DNA of 64,000 nt, taken from Callorhinchus milii. Its lineage: Eukaryota. Below, in pieces: positions 27,250 through 40,059 of this stretch. A program made the position numbers and the translations under genes. The stretch covers positions 13,394,001 through 13,458,000 of the forward strand of contig NW_024704743.1 of NCBI RefSeq assembly GCF_018977255.1, in the 5' to 3' direction. Within the stretch, counting starts at the first letter, position 1. Every line of letters begins with the position of its first letter. The notes under the pieces are model-generated. The model saw nothing but the letters and a program-made list of their open reading frames with translations. It was not told the DNA's origin and ran no database searches.

Positions 27250-27735
27250 TATTGAGGGAGGGAAGTTATGATGTTGGTCTTTCAAATCATTACTATTTGA
27301 ATTGGAGCATGGGATTAGAGTGGAAGGCAACAGGTTTAAAATTGGAGGGGGGAACTCAACAAGGATTAGAGGTTATCAGATATTAAGAAATTGAGGTATG
27401 AAACAGACTTCTATGAAAAGCAATTGATGCATTGCTTAACGTCTTTAAAAAGGAACTGGATAAGTATCTATTAGAAAATAATGGTACAGATTATAGAGTG
27501 AGATGAATAAATACTTCATGTGGCACAAGGAGATTTGGGGAGGGACTTCTTTTTGTCTGTGGAGGAAAGGAGGCCAGAGTTTTTGATTGACTTTGAGATT
27601 CGGAGTCTCCATACAGAGGTTTTCCCAAAGAAAATAATGTATCTGGTGACAGCCTTGACAAGGAAGGCTTTGCATCACCTGTAAAGGGAATTGGTTTCAT
27701 GGACTGAACAACTTTTACTTATTCGGTGCTCAGTT
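27250..27735 (+). mobile_element. Degraded CR1 LINE 3' fragment
   Basis: TTTAAAAAGGAACTGGATAAGTATCTA (FKKELDKYL-like CR1 C-terminus) and an ATGGACTGAA 3' motif. Confidence 0.5.
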
Positions 27736-27834
27736 ATGTTCAGAAAGCTGTTTCACGAATCATTCCAAACTCTTTGAAAAGTACAGTTGGGATTTCTGAC
27801 CAGTTTTCTTTTTTTCTCTCGCTCCTTCCTTTAG

Positions 27835-28305
27835 AATCTCATGGCTAAAGCTTTATACGACAATGCACCGGAATCCCCTGAAGAGTTGTCCTTCCGGAAA
27901 GGAGAAGTTCTGATGGTGATTGAACAGAACACTGGGGGCTTGGAAGGTTGGTGGCTTTGTTCGTTGCACGGACGGCAGGGCATTGCACCAGGAAACCGCC
28001 TCAAGCTTCTCGTGGGCCCACTGTACGATGGCTCTCTTACCCCACCAACCCAATTGGCTCCAGCACACCTGTCGCTGCAACAGGGTATCTACCAGGTACC
28101 CCCGAGTGCACTGGACTCCCTGGCTTCTGGAGACTCTTATCGGGATCCTGTGTATCAAGTTCCACCTTCTCACCAGAATCAGAGCATTTATCAGGTGCCT
28201 CCCACCGCGTCCGGACATGCAATGCAAGGTCATGAGACCTACCAAGTGCCACCATCTGTACACAGGAGTCCCTGGGGAGTGGACAGTGCTTATCATCCTA
28301 ACAAG
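27835..28305 (+). CDS. NEDD9: NEDD9 (HEF1/Cas-L) exon 2: SH3 domain and start of substrate domain
   Basis: Polypyrimidine...ttag|AATCTCATG to AACAAG|gtgggt; 471 nt, phase 0. Encodes NLMAKALYDNAPESPEELSFRKGEVLMVIEQNTGGLEGWWLCSLHGRQGIAPGNRLKLL (Cas SH3; NLMA and QNTGGLEG match NEDD9 rather than BCAR1) and YQVP repeats. Confidence 0.95.
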
Positions 28306-28505
28306 GTGGGTTGTCTCATAAACTTTTAATGTTGTAAAATGGCCCCTTTGCTTCCTGCAACTAGCACTAAGTTCACAAAGAAGAGTTCAGGTGAAAGAAG
28401 CTCTTCAGCCCATTTATCTTGCCTTCTGTATTACTAACCCTACCAGCTTTGCATCACAGTATCAAGATCCATTAGACATGCATCACCTGCATTACTACAG
28501 CAACA

Positions 28506-28875
28506 GGAGTCCTGTAGCTTAGTGGTTAGAGCACGCGCCTCACAAGCAAGAGGACCTGGGTTTGATTCCCAGCAGGTTGAAACATTGGACAAGTTTCTTT
28601 ACTCCACATGCCTCTGTTTACCTAGCATTAAGTAGGAACCTGGTTGTTAATCGACTGGCAGATCACTTTTTGGGGGTAATAATTCCTTCAAAATAACTTT
28701 TAAAATCTGGTCACTCAATCCACGACAGTTTGTGGGCACTGTGTACACAATTGGCTGCCGCATTTCGCCCACAAAATATACAGTCAATTCACTATACAGT
28801 ATATTCTGTGAAGCGTTTGAGACATCTTAAAGACATGATAAGGCGCTATATCAGATGCAAGGATTATTATTATTA
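28506..28875 (+). mobile_element. tRNA-Deu SINE, long variant, full length
   Basis: Head, CORE-like segment (28614-28676), Deu body and (ATT)n tail. Confidence 0.88.
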
Positions 28876-30489
28876 CAGCAATAATTGTTTTGAATTAAAA
28901 ACTTCTAACGGTAGATGGTGGTAACAGTGGTCTTTGTGTTCGGTCCGGGCATTTCATGAACTATCACAGCAGTTTAAAATATATAGATTAATTATATTTT
29001 CTTAAAATTTCAATACTGGGGGCAGCAGAAAAGAGAACGCAGAAAAGATTTATGAGCCTTGCAGTAGGTGTGTAAAACGTAACAGATAGACGGTCCAGAG
29101 TCAAACACTACTTACTATTCAAAATAGACCAAGCACCAAACTTTCTCACTTCAACCATTGCACATTTGCAATTTCAAATGAGGCTTCACTAGCTCATTAC
29201 ACATAGGATCAGCAGACAGAAATTGAAACCAGGTCAGAGCTGAACCGTTGAGCTAATCCTCTATTCGTCCACAAAAACTTTACAGGATATCCTGTGAAGC
29301 GCTTTGAGTCATCAAAAGAACGCTGTATCAAATGCAAGGGCAATTGTTATTGCTACATTTGGAACGGAGATCAATGTTCGAGCACAATTCCAGAGGGTCA
29401 GACTCAACACCCCAGGGATTAACCAGGGGAGAAAATTTCTCCTGGTCTCTGATTGAGATAATTCTGGCATTCTGTGAGTAGTGCTGGTAGATCACTTTCT
29501 GGTCTCGTTTTACTATAAAGTGTTTCTGGTGTCAAAGAGTGAAAGACTGTGAACAGTGTAGATCTTAAAAGTACATACAGAAAAACAGCTTCAAAATTAA
29601 GGCTCTAATTAAGAATTTGATAAATTCTGGATGCTCTAAAATGCTACGTAAATAGAGCACATCTAAACCCAGGTGGAATTTTTACCCCCGTAACAGGTAA
29701 AAACATTGCATTGAACTGGGGCAGCTTTTACATGGAGGAAATTTGATTGTTTGATGTGACATGAGAGAAAGTTCAGGTACCTATTAAAATGATCATGTGA
29801 TTTATATTGGAGCAGAGCAGACATAAAGAGGATAGATCAGGAAATGCTTCTGCTGGAAGGCAGCACTTTCCATTTGATTGCCGTTTACATTGGCAAGAAG
29901 GTCAGACACTTCCTTTCAGTCTCTCAATTGAATCTCTGGAGACCAAGTTGAGAATTAGCATCAGCCCAGCCTGAGGTCTCTGTGTCACTTCACTGTCTCT
30001 AATGTGCTGGAAAGGAAGCATTTCACCTGCAAATTACAGAAAACTTTCCACATAGAATCGTAGAAATTACAGCATAGAAAATGGCCCATTTGGATGGACT
30101 ATTGACCATGTGTTGGTGTTGACTCCTCCACCACAATGATCCTAATTTCCTGCTCTTTCACCATACCATTTTAAAAAAAACTTGCAGTTCAATCGTAGCA
30201 AGTGGTTAACAGCAACTCTTGAGACGCAAATGAGGTATCTTTCCAGTAAACAGAAGTGCATCAATCTAATCCACGAGAATTCTGCCCCAACACAATCCAC
30301 TCTTTCATTTCCAGTCGCTGGAAAGAGTCATTATTGACCACTTCTGATATAATTATATATTACATAATCATAAGTTTCAGTTTCACCTGAGGTAGAATTC
30401 TACCCCAGCTAATTTCTGCCCTTCCTTCGCCTCCCTGCCATCCTGGCTATATAAATGTAAATTTGTATTATATTTCCCACTCTTTGTGT

Positions 30490-30695
30490 TTCCATCCCAC
30501 TGTCCCTTTGCCTCGCTCCCTCTCTTGCCTCCTTCAAAGCATGTCTCAAGACTCCTCTTCGACCACACCTTTAGTCACCCTCTTACCCCTACCCTCCCTG
30601 CCCTGCACCCCTCCTGGTCCAAATCCCTATCTGTCCAGCGCCTTGGGACATCTTCCCAATGTGAAAGCCGCTATACAAATGTAATTTGTTGTTGT
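30490..30695 (+). mobile_element. L2 3' end fragment
   Basis: TTCAAAGCATGTCTCAAGACTCCTCTTCGACC, then tail CAGCGCCTTGGGACATC...GTGAAAGCCGCTATACAAATG(TTG)n. Confidence 0.75.
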
Positions 30696-33469
30696 ATTCC
30701 TTTACCTTCCTATTGGAAATCTTTGCCCCATTCTCTCTCCTCGTATGTTGTGTTGTTTCTCAGTTGAGGTTTGTGGTGATCCGACAATACAATATAACTT
30801 ACATTTATATAGCACCTTTCACGTCAGGTGGACGTCTCAAAGCACTTGATACAGATATTTACTCAGATAATACACAGATATTACTTTACACAGTTATGGC
30901 CGCTGCGTTTCATCCACAAAATATACAATTAATTCACTTTACAGTATATTCCGTGAAGCACTTTGAGATGTCTCAACAATGTGATAAGGGGGGGCGCGAT
31001 ATCAAATGCAAGGATTATTATTATTAGTAGACGCACATTTCTTGACAAAATGGCTTCTTCAGCAATATAAGGAAGTTAAACAAAGCAAAATGAACGTCTG
31101 AAGAAATGTTCACAAAAAAAGTACTTTCTAATTTATTACCATTCCAAATTGAGATTAGCATCCAATCAGAGTTGCAGGGCATCAAATTTGACATATCCGG
31201 GATTGAGAAGTGAAGGATATTTCTCTAGTATCCTACCTAACCTTCCTCCAGATTAACTGGTCATTCAGCTCATGGATGAATAGGTCTGCTGACATAATAC
31301 CTTAGGTGCATACAAAAATAGTCCCTTGCACTTGACAGTAATTGCTTGTGAAGTCCTATAAAAATGGATTTTTTTTCAGTTTAAAGTGATATTAGGAACA
31401 AATCTAAAGGATATTCTTTTCCTTAGCCTGATATAGTAATAGACAAAACCAGAAGAGAGCATGATGGTCTTTCTACCCAGTCTGTTTCCATAATACTATT
31501 GCTCTCTATCGCTCAAGTTCCACCTAATCTCCACCACCATTATATACCTTTCTAGTTCCCTCTTCAAATTGTCAACACCAAGTGCTCCCTGCTCAATATG
31601 TTCTGCATATGCACATATGTTCTTGCACCTAGCCTGAATATCATTTACAGGTTAGATCCTCACCCTCACCTACAAGGCCATTCACGGCCTTGCTCCCCCC
31701 TACCTCTCCGACCTACTATCTCCCTACCTACCTGCCCGTTGAAATGAACTCAGCATGGACTAGAATTGAACCTGTGCCCAATTTGTCTGCCTCAGCACTG
31801 GACCACATAACAGTCCTAGCTGGCCAAGTGCCATGAAACCTACCAGTTCTTTGTACTGGTAAACTGGGTCACAAACAAAGGCTTATAAATTGGGGTTGTT
31901 CTCACTGGACAAGAGAAGGTTAAGCAGAAGCACTGAATTGTTGGAAGGTACTGATTTTCAGATGGTGTTTGGGCAAGTGTTAAGGATCACATTATTATGA
32001 ATATTATTGCAAAGAGAGTTCCTGCAGAGTTCTTATTCATCCAAAACAGAACAATTTAAATTTGGCCATTCATCTGATTTATGTTGTGAGACATTTCTGT
32101 TGCAGGTTAGCTGCCATATTTTCCTGCATAATAATCACTAAAATTCAAAGTAACTCATTGTGTTAAGTTGTGTTATCATAAGGTGGTATATAAACAAAAC
32201 TGAATTATAACTTGGCAGAAATCTGTAACCAGTCAAAAATGAGCACTTGAAGGATGGCACTGTCTGCAAACCAGTGTTCCCTCAGCACTACACCAGGGTA
32301 TGGTGTCAGTTTACATTATAGCTTAGCTCACGTCATAGTCTGGAGCTTGAATCCACAAGCACCTGACCGAGAGGAGAAAGTGCTACCTTTGAAGGCGAAC
32401 TGAAGCGTGTGTTCAGTGAATGTTGAGTGGAGGCCTGTAGCTGCAGGCTGCGGAGAGCATACTGTTATGTCCTTTACAGAACAGCTAGATACGTGGCACA
32501 TCCTTCATCAATGGGTGTTCCTACTGATCAGGTCAGAACAAGTTTCCAGATTTCTGCACCTCAAACCACAGTGGTAGATCAGCCTCCTCGGCCTCAGCCC
32601 TGGCGCGAGCAAAGCCCGTGGATCAGATTGTTGACACTTTGTGCACTGCCCTGTTCTCGAGTGCTTAAACAGCCCTGTGGACTTTCAGCCTGTTCCACCC
32701 AACCGGTGGTTTTGTCACCTTTGTAACTTTTAATTGCATTTATTCTGCTCCACAACACAGTGTATAACAACAAGAACAACAATTTGCATTTATTTATATA
32801 GCGCCCTCCTTGCTGGGCGGCATCTCAGTGCGCTTAACACTTATCACTGCTAACACTAAATCTCCTTTCGGTTTCTTCCCAAGTCTTGCAGCAAAACCAA
32901 AAGCAAGTAGCAGTCTCTTCAGAATTGTTTGCTTCTATTTTGTTTGCCTGAGATGTGTTGCATATCAGCATTTACTAGGTTTGTCACTTACTGTGATGGC
33001 AGAGCCAGTCAAAAATACATTTTTTAAAATCGTTCCGTGGAAATTTCCCTGCTTTAGATGTAGCAAAATATAACCTTAAATCTTCATCTATCTGGGGATG
33101 AATAGGGTTGAATAGCACATTAACCACCAAAATGTCCTAGTATTTGAATACTATAATTGTGGAGATTTCAATCCCAATGGGAACATCCAGCTATTCACCC
33201 GTTTTGAAGTTAAGAAAATCAGTAACGTGTTTTTTTTTTTTAAAAATCCTCTGGGTTAGGAGGAAGATATGCAAATAAATTGATCTTATTCTGAGGAGAG
33301 ATGCCTACAGAGGCCACGTTGATCCAAAAATGTATTGGTGGTTGACCTCACTAACCAGTCTGTTTTCTCAATGATATATGTGGACATGTCGAAATGTAGA
33401 CATATCTTCAACTTTGCAACTAAAAGCTTGAACTAGAGAAATTTCAACATAGAGGAGAGATAAGATGTT

Positions 33470-33745
33470 AAACCAAGGCCCCTCTGCCTATTTGGGTGGA
33501 CATTAAAGTTCCTACAGCACTATTCGAAAAGAGAAGAGACTTTCCCCTTGTGTTCTGGCCAACCATACCACAAATAAAATTGGTCTTTCATTTTATGGCT
33601 GTTTGTCAGACATTGCTGTATGCAAATTGGCTGCTGTGTTCGCACAAAAAACCTAGTCACTGCACTTTACAGTATATCCTATGAAGCGCTTTAAGGCATA
33701 AGACATCCTCCCGACGTGAAAGGCGCTGTACCAAATGTAAGTATC
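33470..33745 (+). mobile_element. Older Deu-domain SINE remnant
   Basis: GGGTGGACATTAAAG...TGGCCAAC...GCTGTTTGTCAGACATTGCTGTATGCAAATTGGCTGCTGTGTT, then an L2-like tail. Confidence 0.65.
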
Positions 33746-36700
33746 ATTACCATTGTAGATCTATTCAGCACACTGACCTTATGCTGCTGCAGCTATTAGC
33801 CACTTGTTCTACCTTCTGCATAACTTCTGCATTAAAGTATTTCTTGTAACTGCCCCTTGAATCATTTCACTGACAATCCTTACGTGACATTATTCCCCTC
33901 CTGATTATATCTAACAACTGGCGGGAATGCTCTTTCACTATTTGTTCTGTCAAAACAACAATAAATTATTGCATTTATACAGCGCCTTTCATGTTGGGAG
34001 GATGTCCTAAAGCACCAAAAAAAATCTTCAACAAACTTCCAGAATTTTTAAGACCTCCATTAATTCCCCTGTTAGCCTTCTCTCTTCCAGAGAAAACAAA
34101 GTTGATGTTAAGAGCCCAGCTAGTTGTAGGTGATAAGCTCAGTGTGCTGAATAGCTCTACAATAGTAACCTGTCTACAACCGGCTAAGGAAAGCAAAGGC
34201 AAATGCAGTGAAAGATATCGCTGGCTTTGTACTCGTAACCTGCGTGCCTAGTTACCATTATTAACCCATTGCAGCACATGCTTTCAGCCAGCCTTCTGAA
34301 GTGAATTTGAAATGACCTGGACTTTGATTCTCAAAAGGAATTTGTTGTATCTTGGGATGGGCACTTCTGGGTTAAACGTTGCCAAATACCCTGCTGATGT
34401 TCTCTGCCTTGACTCGAACATGAAGAATAGACACTTTGGAGAGAAGCTGAGGATGAGTCGTCACCCTCGGGAGAGGAGGAAAGGGAGAGGGAGGCATACA
34501 AAGAAGAAATATGTGCATCATAGCTGGGCTTTAAAGGCTGATCACCTTTGGTCGAGTCCTCTTTAAAATTGTATTACGTTAGCTTGCTAACTCTACCAAA
34601 AATAGCACATATGGGTTCCTTCCAAAAGAGGAATTAGTTGACCAGGGAATTTTCAGTATCTGGTTTGTAAACTGCTATATAGGTCAATTTCCGTTTTTTT
34701 TTCAATATGCTTAGTTCAAACCAATTTCCCTTCTCCTTTCATGGTTGCATAGCCTCAGTGTTATCTTTCCTCTGACCGTGTAATTGGGCAAGGGTTACGC
34801 TCCAGTCAGATGTAATTAGGAGAACAACACTGCATTCTCTTACCCCCCCTCCCCGCGCCCCACACGTACACGCACACACCACCATAAATACATTCTGTGA
34901 ACTCCTGTCCTTACCTACCATGGTGTGGGAGCGTCTATCCTAGTCCCTACCCTGTGCCAGGTAGCAGCAATGCAGTCTCTCCTCATCAGTTCCGTGGCCT
35001 GCAGGTATTGATGTCTTCATCCATTTATTATAAAGTATGCATTCATTAAAGAAACTAACCTGTGTTATCCCAGTGCATATTATTGTGCTTTAAATGTTAT
35101 CTTCTGATGCAGTACTCATTGCTTGTGTTGATCAGACACACAATTGCTACTGATAAGCAGGGCACCGAGATTCCAGAGTTTAGACAGTTTGTCTGCATTT
35201 TACCACAGCTCATGGGATAACTGATGATTGGATATGGAATCCTCTGGTTCATTGTTGAAGTCAGGTCGATTTCCTCATGGTGCTTTTACCTGGGGCCTGA
35301 AATGACCACTGACACTGACGTCTCGATCCATCCTCACTCCCAGATCTAGTGTTCCACGGGGAGAAGGACTGCTGTCCATAATTCTAGCAAGAATTCAAAA
35401 TCTGCCATATAAGAAGGGATGAGATAATGTTTGTATCAAAATATTAATTTGGCCCTGAAAAGCCACATGAAATCTAGGGGGTAGTGGTTATGGGCCACCC
35501 CGAGTTTATATTGAATGTTAAAAGTGAGAGTGACATGAATGGGTTAAATATGCACATGTTAAATTGTTCGCCCTCACTAATGGCCTCTTGCCTTCCCTGA
35601 AGGCATTTGGGACTTCCCTTACTCTTTCCAGCCTTATAGTATTCATGTGCAAACCTTTACAGTGAGTGCCAACAGGTTAATCTAGCACAAGTGGGAATAT
35701 GACAGCCTGATATCCAAGCATGCACACCTTTCAGCAGGATCTCAGTTTAGCAATTAGTTGTGGGAATAACTGGCTAAATATCCCCTCTAAAATTTAGGAG
35801 TTCTTAGGCCAGTTTTTGCACAGTTACAGCTACAGCTCTGTTCAGAGATCATTTTTTTTTAATTCTCCAGAATGAAACTGAGAGATGGGCTGGAAATTCA
35901 ACCACTCTGAAAGGAACAGGCCAGGTTATACAGAAATGCTTTTTTCCTCAATTGCCTTTACAGATCAGAAAGTGATGGAACAGCCAAACAACATTTGTAA
36001 TATGTAATTACAACATATCCTTGTTTGGCTGTTCCATGTTGAACTGCATTTTGTAATCCAGGTCCAGAACTGCTGCAGTATTTTGTGAGGAAAAACACCT
36101 GCTTCTGCCTATAATTAGTGTAACCGTAAGCAGGGGTGAAAGGTCAGTAGATCTGTGGTGATCTGACTCTTGTTTATGGACCATGTCCATGTAACTCTTT
36201 AGATGCACACAAAGGTTCAGGGAGCGGAGAAAACTGATTTGATTCAACAGCCTATGTTTGGGTCCCACTCTCACATCTCTTTTTCCCTTTCCCACGTCGG
36301 TTTGCTTTACTCGATCTTGCTTTCAAACACCAGGTGGTGCCTTGCACGGCAGCTGATTTTTCCTTTCTTCCACGTGTGTTGACCGCTTCCTTGACCTTTC
36401 CTACTCTTGGCAAGATTCAGAATAGTTACCGCTCTTCCTACATTATATATTGCAGTGTGACCAGCGATGTAAATGAAGCCCTAGAGGGGAAAGCAAACAT
36501 TCAGATATATTCAACCTGTTTGTTATGTTCGCAAAAATCAATGTGTAGAAAACTCTTTTATTCTCAGATCACAAGTTACAAATCAAACGGTCCAACCCAA
36601 AACCCTCTAGCCAGTTCTCCCTGCTTGCTGCTTTTCTGGTTCCTGATCCCCTTTCATTGGTCCTAGTTAATTGGTCCTTATTTTCTTAAAGGGTATCTAA

Positions 36701-38329
36701 CATTGTTGTCCATATGTAACAATGACCAAAATAATGCTGTGTTTCACCATTAAGTACGACAGAAGAAATGTTTAGCATAGTAAGAGATCATTCATCCAAT
36801 TTTATCGTGCCACTTCCACCCCTACTTATTTTTAAAGTCATCCTTTCCATTAATCCCACTTTCTAATTCCTTTTTCACAATCCCTCGAATTTCGTCCTCT
36901 CTGTAGCTAGTCATGCAGATGAAAAGTGCATGAAGTGTTTTCGCAACTTAATTGAGCTTGACAAAATAATTGTAAAAATACTTTGACTTGTTTATTCCTT
37001 GAAGACTTCATCAGGTCTGATTTCCTGGAACTGGCTTCCTGTACACTGGCAGCTACCATTTCCCTGGATCTCGACTGGAAAATATTAAAATGTCTAGCAC
37101 AACAGAATCCATGTAAAAACAGCCTGGCACTGACGTTGAGCTGGCTTGCCATCTGCTAAGACAATCTTAACTTTACTGAGAGAAGCAGTGAAGTGCTGTG
37201 GGTTCCACCCACAATGTCAATCTTCCTGTAGAGATTTCAGAGCTGCCAAAACTTCCTTTGGCCGAGAGGTTGCTCTTTTCTCTTTGTCTAATCTTCTCTT
37301 GTCTCTCTACATCATTTTGTTCCCATTGATTTGGACTAGATGCTTTCATACTTATTAGAATTCACAGCACAGAAGGAGGCCATTTGACCATCGAGCCTAT
37401 GCTTGTGCTAGCTCCTCCACATGCTTTTTAAAGCTTTTCATATGATTTATTTTCCAACATTTATTGTATTTCCTTTTAAATGTCATATTGTCTTAGTTGA
37501 GTTAGTTAGCCATTTATTAGCATAACAACCACCTCTCATTGCTTTTCTACAAAAGTATTTTTTCAAACTAGTCTTTCCTAAACGATCAAGAATTCTCATC
37601 CATCTATACATAAGAACTGTATGTCTAGAAGATTATATATATTATGTAACTGTATAATATCCTGAATAAAATTGGTAATTCACTTCATGGCTGTTTGTGT
37701 GCAAATTGTGCTGCCGCGTTTGTCTACAAATATCGTCATTCCATTTCACAGTAAATCATGTGAAGAGTTTGAGTCATCCTACTGACGTGATAAGACGTTA
37801 TATCAAACACAAGGATTATTATTATTATTAACTGATGCTGTTCCAGTGCATGTCTGTTCACTTTCCGTTTCTACTTGGAGAAAGGGATGGCTAGAAACAG
37901 ATAGTCCGTAATCAGGTTGACCGGAAGGATTCGTGTGTTCACCATCTGTTTTGTGCAGATGGGAGTAATGAACAAGGAAATAATTTAGTACAAAGCATGA
38001 CACATCCTTTGTCCAGATGGCCGCAGCTATGCATTATTCCTAAAAGGAGAGGCAGGATTTCAATGACATGCTGGAAAGCTGAATGCCAGTGCACAAACAG
38101 TTCATCAGCGAGATGACTTAGACTATCTGCTGAGGGGATGTTTTAGTGAATACATAGCTATAAGGCATTAGGTTCAGCAGCATATAATGTGTTAAAATAT
38201 TCTGTATCAATAAGCTATTTGGTAATATCGTATAGCATTTTAAGAATCTCCTACTATTTTAAGAATAAGTCATTTATTTCCAATCTTTCTCCAACCAATG
38301 TTTTCCCATCCCTTCTCTTTGAATGCAGT

Positions 38330-38640
38330 GTGAATGTTCTTTCTTTCCTTTTACCTCAACCAGGTAGCTATTATACCACTGTGAGCTTCAATAGTGGGTG
38401 TTAGTGGGATAATTAATCCCACGGGAAAGAGAAGAGGCTTCACAGATGAGGCTGATCTTGTCCTCACCCAATGTCTACATACCTGCACTTTTCAGCAGGA
38501 GTGTCTGAGTTGCGATCAGGAGGAGAAACCCTGGGTGATCTCCTCCCTAAGTCAGAGGTGCTAAGACCATTGAAGCTCCCCAACTGCAACTTCCACTGAG
38601 ATCAACCAACTCAGTGCAGAGTCTTGACTTTCTGATCTGA
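38330..38640 (-). mobile_element. Ancient tRNA SINE, AmnSINE2-like
   Basis: GTCCTCACCCAATGTCTACA...TTCAGCAGG...GCGATCAGGAGGAGAAACCCTGG...CTGAGATCAACCAACTCAG. Related diverged copies lie at 20990-21085, 35580-35850, 43195-43340, 45930-46260 and 48480-48690. Name is from memory only. Confidence 0.55.
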
Positions 38641-39237
38641 AAAACACCACAAGAGATTATTTTAAGACGTGTTGAATTAAAAACAAAAGGGTTTAATAAA
38701 ACTTATGTGGTTTAATGAAATCTACGGTCATTGTTTTGCTCACAAAATATACAGTCAATTCACTTCATAGTATATTCTGTGAAAACGTCTCTAAAACATG
38801 AGACGATGCTATATCAAATGCAAGGATTATTATTATTGTTGTTCACCTCGGAGCATACAGTAAACTTATCCTGTTCACCTCAATACCTTACCATGTGATT
38901 GCATCAGAAACAATAGAATATTCTTCATAATAATAACATTCTTTATAATAATAAAATTTCCATGGTAGTCTTCTTAGAATGGGCTGAAAGACAATCTTCA
39001 CCTGAACCTCCCTTACAGAGTTTCTACTGCAGATTATTTCCAGAATAACCGTTGAAAACCAGGTAATATATGTGTGGTCATTTAGAAATTGCTAATAGAG
39101 ATGGGAGTTAACATGAAGATAAGTGTAAACCTTAAAGTGACTGTAAGCTTCCAGCAATGTTTTTGGAAATGTCTTTTTGCAAAAATGTAACTTTATTGTT
39201 TATCGATTGCATTATCACCACTTTTTTAAAAACACAG

Positions 39238-39336
39238 GTTGTGACTCCGATCAGATGTGGCCAGGGTTATATTTACGACTCTCCTTCGAAACAACAGCAA
39301 GGAATTTACGATATCCCTCCAGTTCACCAGCAAGGG
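39238..39336 (+). CDS. NEDD9: NEDD9 exon 3
   Basis: acacag|GTTGTG to CAAGGG|gtatgt; 99 nt; VVTPIRCGQGYIYDSPSKQQQGIYDIPPVHQQG (cf. human VITPVRTGHGYVY). Confidence 0.92.
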
Positions 39337-40059
39337 GTATGTGTCTCACTTACACTGCTGTTTCCTGCCAATCATTAAACCCACACTCTCATCCACGTGA
39401 ACTTCAACACTGAATGTATGTGATTAAAGGCTGGTTCTCTTTGCGTGCTAAGAGTTACACAGCCAAAATAGCGCAACATTTTTTCTACTGTTGGCTCACA
39501 ACAGCATTGTTTGGGGCATGTGGTTGATCGTTACAGTTCTCACCTGCCATCCGACAATATCTGAAAAAGGAAAAACAAATGTTTGCCTTTTTCAGGCTAA
39601 CCTGTTTAGCAAATACCAGATAAATGCTCTCTTTAATGCAACAAGCCTACTAGCTTTGTTTCACACTGCTTTTTCCATATATCTGTGTCCCCGACCAAGC
39701 TGATACCAGAAATCCCAGCATCACAAACATGATGAGTTTTGACAAACTCAGTTGAGTTATGAGATGGGAGGTTCCTTCTCTGGAAAACCCTGATAGTCCA
39801 TAGGCTTCCCAAGCATGCCTATGTATAGTAGTGGCATTAGTGCATTTCACTCACAAGGTATACAGTCAATTCACTAAATTAGAGTATATTCTGTGAAGCA
39901 CTTGAAGACGTCTCAACTGTGTGATAAGCTGCTATATCAAATTCAAGGATTTTTTTATTCTTGTTGTAGTGTGGGACACAAGCAGTTCATTGACCAGTTC
40001 TGCAGATTAAATAAAACATCTGTCTTTGGCAGGAAGTAATGCAGAAAAGACTAAATCGA

